Below the pieces are notes generated by a model. The model did no database searches and was not told the origin of the DNA. It saw only the letters and a program-made list of their open reading frames with translations. From Octopus sinensis (taxonomy: Eukaryota): a stretch of DNA of 24,607 nucleotides. The position numbers were made by a program, and so were the translations under genes. The stretch covers positions 1-24,607 of the forward strand of contig NW_021836258.1 of the NCBI RefSeq assembly GCF_006345805.1, in the 5' to 3' direction. This document shows positions 19,801 to 24,607 of the stretch, one piece after another. Each line of letters opens with the position of its first letter. Position 1 is the first letter of the stretch.

Positions 19801-22430
19801 GTGGTAGAAGATGGAGGCGGCAAATGTGGGTAGAGATGGAGGCGGCAAAAGGTGGTAGAGATGGAGGCGGTAAAGGTGAGATGATGGAGGCGGCAAAGGT
19901 GATAGAGATGGAGGCGGCAAAGGCGGTAGAGATAGAGGTAAAGGGTAGAGAGGGGAAGGGAGGGGCAATGAGTAAGAGAGGTAGAGATGGAGGCGGCAAA
20001 AGTGGATAGAGATGGAGGCGGCAATGGTGGTAGAGATGGAGGCGGGCAAAGGTGGTAGAGATGGAGGCGGCAAAGGTGTGATAGTAATGGAGGCGGCAAA
20101 AGGTATATGGTAGAGATGGAGGCGGCAAGGTGTGATAGAAAGCGGGGGGCAGGCAAAGGTGGTAGAGATGGAGGCCGCAAAAGTGGTAGAGATGGAGGCG
20201 GCAAAGGTAGAGGATGAGATGGAGGCGGCAAAGGTGATAGAGATGTAGCGGCAAAGGCGGGGTTGAGATGGAGGCGGCAAAGGCGGAACGGGTAGAGATG
20301 GAGGAGGCGGCAATGGTGATAGAGATGTAGGCGGCAAAGGCGGTAGAGATGGAGGCGGCAAAAGGTGATAGAGATGGAGGCGGCAATGGTGGTAGAGATG
20401 GAGGCGGCAAAGGTGGTAGAGATTGAGGCGGCTAAGGTGATAGTAATGGAGGCGGCAAAGGTGGTAGATATGGAGGCGGCAATGGTGGTAGAGATAGAGG
20501 TGGCAAAGGTGATAGAAATGGCGACGGCAAAGGTGGTAGAGATGGAGGCGGCAAAGGTGGTAGAGATGGAGGCGGCAAGGTGGAAGAGGGTGGAGATGGA
20601 GCGGCAAAAGTGGTAGGATGGAAGCGGCAAAAGGTGGTAGAGATGGAAGGCGGCAAAGGGGGTAGAGATGGAGGCGGAAAAAAGGAAGGAAAAGGTGGAA
20701 GAGATGGAGGCGGCAAAGCAAGTTGGTTAGAATGGAGGCGGCAAAGATGGTAGAGATGGAAGGGCAAGGGTGATGGAGATGGAGGCGGCAAGGTGATAGA
20801 GATGGAGGGCGGCAAAGGTGGTAGAGATGGAGGCGGCCAACAAAGGTGTGGTAGGGGATGGAAGGCGGCAACAAAGGTGGAAGAGATGGAGCAGCAATCA
20901 GTAATAGTGGTAGAGATGGAGGCGGGCAAAGGTGGTAGAGATGGAGGGCGGCAAAGGTGGTAGAAATGGAGGCGGCAAAGGGGGGGGTAGAGGGGTAGAG
21001 ATGGAGGCGGCAAAGGTGGTGGTAGAGATGGAGTCGGCAAAGGTGGTAGAGATGGAGGGCGGCAAAGGTGGTAGAGATGGGAGGCGGCAAAGGTGGAAGA
21101 GATGGAGGCGGCAATAGTGGTAGATGATTGGATGGAAGCGGCAAAGGTGGTAGAGATGGGGGGGAAAAAAGGTGATATAGAGATGGAGCGGCAAAAGGTG
21201 ATAGAGAGGTGGCGGCAAAGGTGGTGAGATGGAGGCGGACGGAAAAAGGTGGAAGAGATGGAGTCGGCAAGGCGGTTTAGAAATGGAGGCGGCAATGGTG
21301 GTAGAGATGGAGGCGGCACCAAAAGGTGGTAGAGATGGAGGCGGCAAAGGTGGTAGAGGTGGAGGCGGCAAAGGTGGTAGAAATGGAGGCGGCAAAGGTG
21401 GTAGAGATGGAGGCGGCAAAGGTGGTAGAGATGGAGGCGGCAAAGGTGGTAGAAATGGAGGCGGCAAAGGTGGTAGAGATGGAGGCGGCAAAAGTGGTAG
21501 AGATGGAGGCGGCAAAGGTGGTAGAGATGGAGGCGGCAAAGGTGGTAGAAATGGAGGCGGCAAAGGTGGTAGAGATGGAGGCGGAAAAGGCGGAAGAGAT
21601 GGAGGCGGCAAAGGCGGTAGAAATGGAGGCGGCAAAGGTGGTAGATGTGGAAGCGGCCAAGGGTGATGGAGATGGAGGCGGCAAAGGTGATAGAGATGGA
21701 GGCGGCAAAGGTGGTAGAGATGGAGGCGGCAAAGGTGGTAGAGATGGAGGCGGCAAAGGTGATAGAGATGGAGGCGGCAAAGGTGGTAGAGATGGAGGCG
21801 GCAAAAGGTGGTAGAGATGGAGGCGGAAAAGGTGGTAGAGATGGAGTCGGCAAAGGCGGTAGAAATGGAGGCGGCAATGGTGGTAGAGATGGAGGCGGCA
21901 AAAGGTGGTAGAGATGGAGGGCGGCAAAGGTGGTAGAGGTGGAGGCGGCAAAGGTGGTAGAAATGGAGGCGGCAAAGGTGGTAGAGATGGAGGCGGCAAA
22001 GGTGGTAGAGATGGAGGCGGCAAAGGTGGTAGAGATGGAGGCGGCAAAGGTGGTAGAGATGGAGGCGGCAAAAGGTGGTAGAGATGGAGGCGGCAAAGGT
22101 GGTAGAGATGGAGGCGGCAAAGGTGGTAGAGATGGAGGCGGCAAAAAGGTGGTAGAGATGGAGGCGGCAAAAGGTGGTAGAGATGGAGGAAATGGCAGGT
22201 GGGCTGCAAAGGTGGTAGAGATGGAGGCGGCAAAGGTGGTAGAGATGGAGGCGGCAAAAGGTGGTAGAAATGGAGGCGGCAAAGGTGGTAGAGATGGAGG
22301 CGGCAAAGGTGGTAGAGATGGAGGCGGCAAAGGTGGTAGAGATGGAGGCGGCAAAGGTGGTAGAGATGGAGGCGGCAAAGGTGGTAGAGATGGAGGCGGC
22401 AAAGGTGGTAGAGATGGAGGCGGCTAAGGT
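16818..22430 (+). repeat. 24-bp G-rich minisatellite, about 230 units, consensus GGAGGCGGCAAAGGTGGTAGAGAT
   Basis: Continuous array with recurrent variant units; indel-rich between ~19130 and ~21300; embedded in degenerate (GGN)n flanks. Confidence 0.97.
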
Positions 22431-23400
22431 GGTTGGTCTTGGAGGTGGAGGTAGCGATAGTGAAGATGGTGGAGGAGATGTGATGAGTGTGGCGGTATAG
22501 TGTGAGGTAATGATTGTATATATGATGGTGATGGAGATGTTAGTTGTAGCGGTCTTTGAGGTGGTGGAGGTTCATGTGAAGGGTGCAGTTGGTGGTGGTG
22601 GTGGTGGTGGTAGTGGAGGTAGTAGTGGCGATCGTTTGTAGCGGTGATGGTTCTCTAGTGGCAATCTGAGGTGGTGGCGGTTTATGTGGTGATGGCATAG
22701 ATGGACGCCGCACAGCTTACTAAGCATGGTGGTGTTGGAGGTGTTAGTGGCAGAGATGGTGGTTGTGATGGATATAGCAGAGGTGGTGGTGGTGATTGTG
22801 TTGGTGGGGGTTGGTGGGTAGTGATCATAGCGGTGGAGGTAGTGGTGATTGTGATGGTGGTAGTAGTGATGATAGTGGTTTGTAGCGGCGGTGGCGACAA
22901 CGGCGCAAATGGCTGCAATGGTCATTGTCCGAATGGTTGTGGTGGTGGTGGTGGCGATGGTGGTTGTGGTGTTGGTGATGGTGGTGGCGGTGGTGGTGTT
23001 GGTGATGGTGGTGGTGGTGGTTGTGGTGGTGGAGGTGGTGGTGATGCTGGTGGTGGCGGTGGTGGTGGCGGTGGTGGTGGTGGCGGTGGTGGTGGTGGAT
23101 GTGGTGGATGTAGTGGTGGTGGTGGTGGTGGATGTGGTGGTGGTAGTCGTGCTGCTGAGGAGAAATGACGCGCCGATGACGATGGAGACGGAGGCGTGTA
23201 ATAGTGTGACCGCAGTGGTGAAGGTCGTGGTCGGAATGGTAGTGGTAATCCTTAAAAGAGAGGATTGTTGTGAGGTGGGTACGGTGGTGGCGGTGACAGA
23301 GACGGAGGCAGCCATTCTGTGTTTGCTGCTGTGATGGTGGTCACGGTGGGACTGGCAGTGGCGCCAGGGGGAGCAGCGTTGCCTGAAATAAGGATGGTGC
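22431..23400 (+). repeat. Degenerate (GGT)-based low-complexity tract flanking the minisatellite
   Basis: Triplet-periodic GGT/GAT/GGC sequence; reads Gly/Cys-rich on plus and Thr-rich on minus. Confidence 0.85.
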
Positions 23401-23613
23401 AAGGACAAGCAAAATCACACTGATGAAGGACGGAGGGGATTGTTTTTGGTAAAGCGTAAGTATATTCCAAGTAAACACAGCTATGGCGAAAGACATTCCA
23501 GCAATGACCACAGTGTCGAATTTCACACGAATACAATGTGTTCTTCAGTTGACGAAGAGAATTTGAAAACGATTTATTTCAAGTGGGTTGTATGCTACAC
23601 ACACACACACACA

Positions 23614-23675
<62 letters not shown>

Positions 23676-23740
23676 TGCACGTATACATGTGATTAAACAT
23701 AAATATATACACACACATATACATGTATATAGATATTTAT

Positions 23741-24176
23741 TCTTTACTCTTTTACTTGATTCAGTCATTTGACTGGAGCACCGCCTTTAGTCGAAGAAAT
23801 CGACCCCAGGAGCCTACTAATTATTCTACCGGTAAGTTACGGGGACGTAAACACACCACCATGTTGGGGGGACAAACACAGACACACAAATACACACACA
23901 CACACACACACACACATAGACACACACACAAACACACGTATATATATATATATATGATTCAAAATGTGACCGCGTGTGTACCGTCGGCGATTTTTTTTCC
24001 TCTGTCTTCCCTTCTCTGGATCTTTCCTTCTCCTATGTTTCCAACGAAGAGCTCCGCTCGAAACGTTAAACCTCCTTCTTTCCTTCCTTCGTGAGCGTTC
24101 AATAATACTATATTTGTTCCACTTCTCGCGTTGTTGCGTTTTCTCTTTGTGTTTCCATGTTTGGATTAACTATAAT

Positions 24177-24221
<45 letters not shown>

Positions 24222-24404
24222 CATACATACATACATATATACGACGGGCTTCTTTCAGTTTCCGTCTACCAAATCCACTCCCAAGGCTTTGGTCGGCCCG
24301 AGGCTATTGTAGAAGACACTTGCCCAACGGGCAACAAAGTGGGACTGAACCCAGAACCATGTGGTTGGTAAGCAAGCCACTTACCACACAACCACTCCTA
24401 CGCC
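23741..24404 (-). mobile_element. Family 1 SINE with family C inserted in its spacer (body 23741-23886, head 24242-24404)
   Basis: Reverse-complement body (partly deleted) and head flank (CA)/(TA) tracts that enclose family C copy 3. Confidence 0.85.
23961..24171 (+). mobile_element. Family C 210-bp repeat, copy 3 (hammerhead core mutated to CCAACGA)
   Basis: Same boundaries as other copies; core at 24037-24071: GTTT CCAACGA A GAGC TCC GCTC GAAA CGT T AAAC. Confidence 0.88.
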
Positions 24405-24482
24405 TATATATGATATATATATAGAGAGACAAATATACATACATATATACATATTTATCTGTACATATGTATATTCGTTTAT

Positions 24483-24607
24483 TCTTTTATTCGTTTCAGT
24501 CATCTTGACTGCGGCCATGCTGGAACACCGCCTTTAGTCGAACAAATCGACCCCAGGACTTATACTTATTCTATCGGTCTCTTTTGTCGAACCGCTAAGT
24601 TACGGGA
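24483..24607 (-). mobile_element. Family 1 SINE body, truncated by the window end
   Basis: tttcagtcatcttgactgcggccatgctggaacaccgcc...ttctatcggtctcttttgtcgaaccgctaagttacggga. Confidence 0.85.

Noticed and set aside
16662-22402. Very long minus-strand ORFs (1322, 1241, 1525 and 656 aa) as annotated CDSs
   Set aside because: All three minus frames are open because the strand has almost no stop-forming triplets. Each ORF drifts among FAASISTT, LPPPSLPP and CRLHLYHL at indels, so length is not evidence of coding.
16818-22430. CRISPR-like array
   Set aside because: Units are contiguous with no unique spacers, and the context is eukaryotic.

Overview
Repeat-dense eukaryotic DNA, very probably intergenic or intronic sequence from an octopod cephalopod. 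This is inferred from a cephalopod-type mitochondrial atp8-atp6 insert and from octopus-like tRNA-derived SINEs. I can support no intact host protein-coding gene; nearly all listed ORFs are translations of microsatellites. Contents: (1) about ten copies or pieces of a bipartite CORE-like SINE (head + (TA/TG)n spacer + body) plus three other SINE-like families; (2) decayed CR1/L2-type and RLE-type LINE fragments; (3) a mariner transposase pseudogene (11763-14393) holding nested insertions: a second deleted mariner and a NUMT (atp8 3' part + atp6 5' part), the NUMT itself split by a hAT MITE and a Helitron; (4) a 5.6-kb, 24-bp G-rich minisatellite with five of six frames open per consensus unit; (5) several type I hammerhead-ribozyme motifs from different small repeat families lodged at (TA)n tracts. 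The hammerheads are the least obvious signal. One fully paired motif lies on the minus strand at 14783-14830, a minimal motif occurs in a 210-bp repeat present three times, and further degenerate copies are present, pointing to Penelope-like or retrozyme-like elements. All analysis was done by eye; no database searches or folding programs were run.
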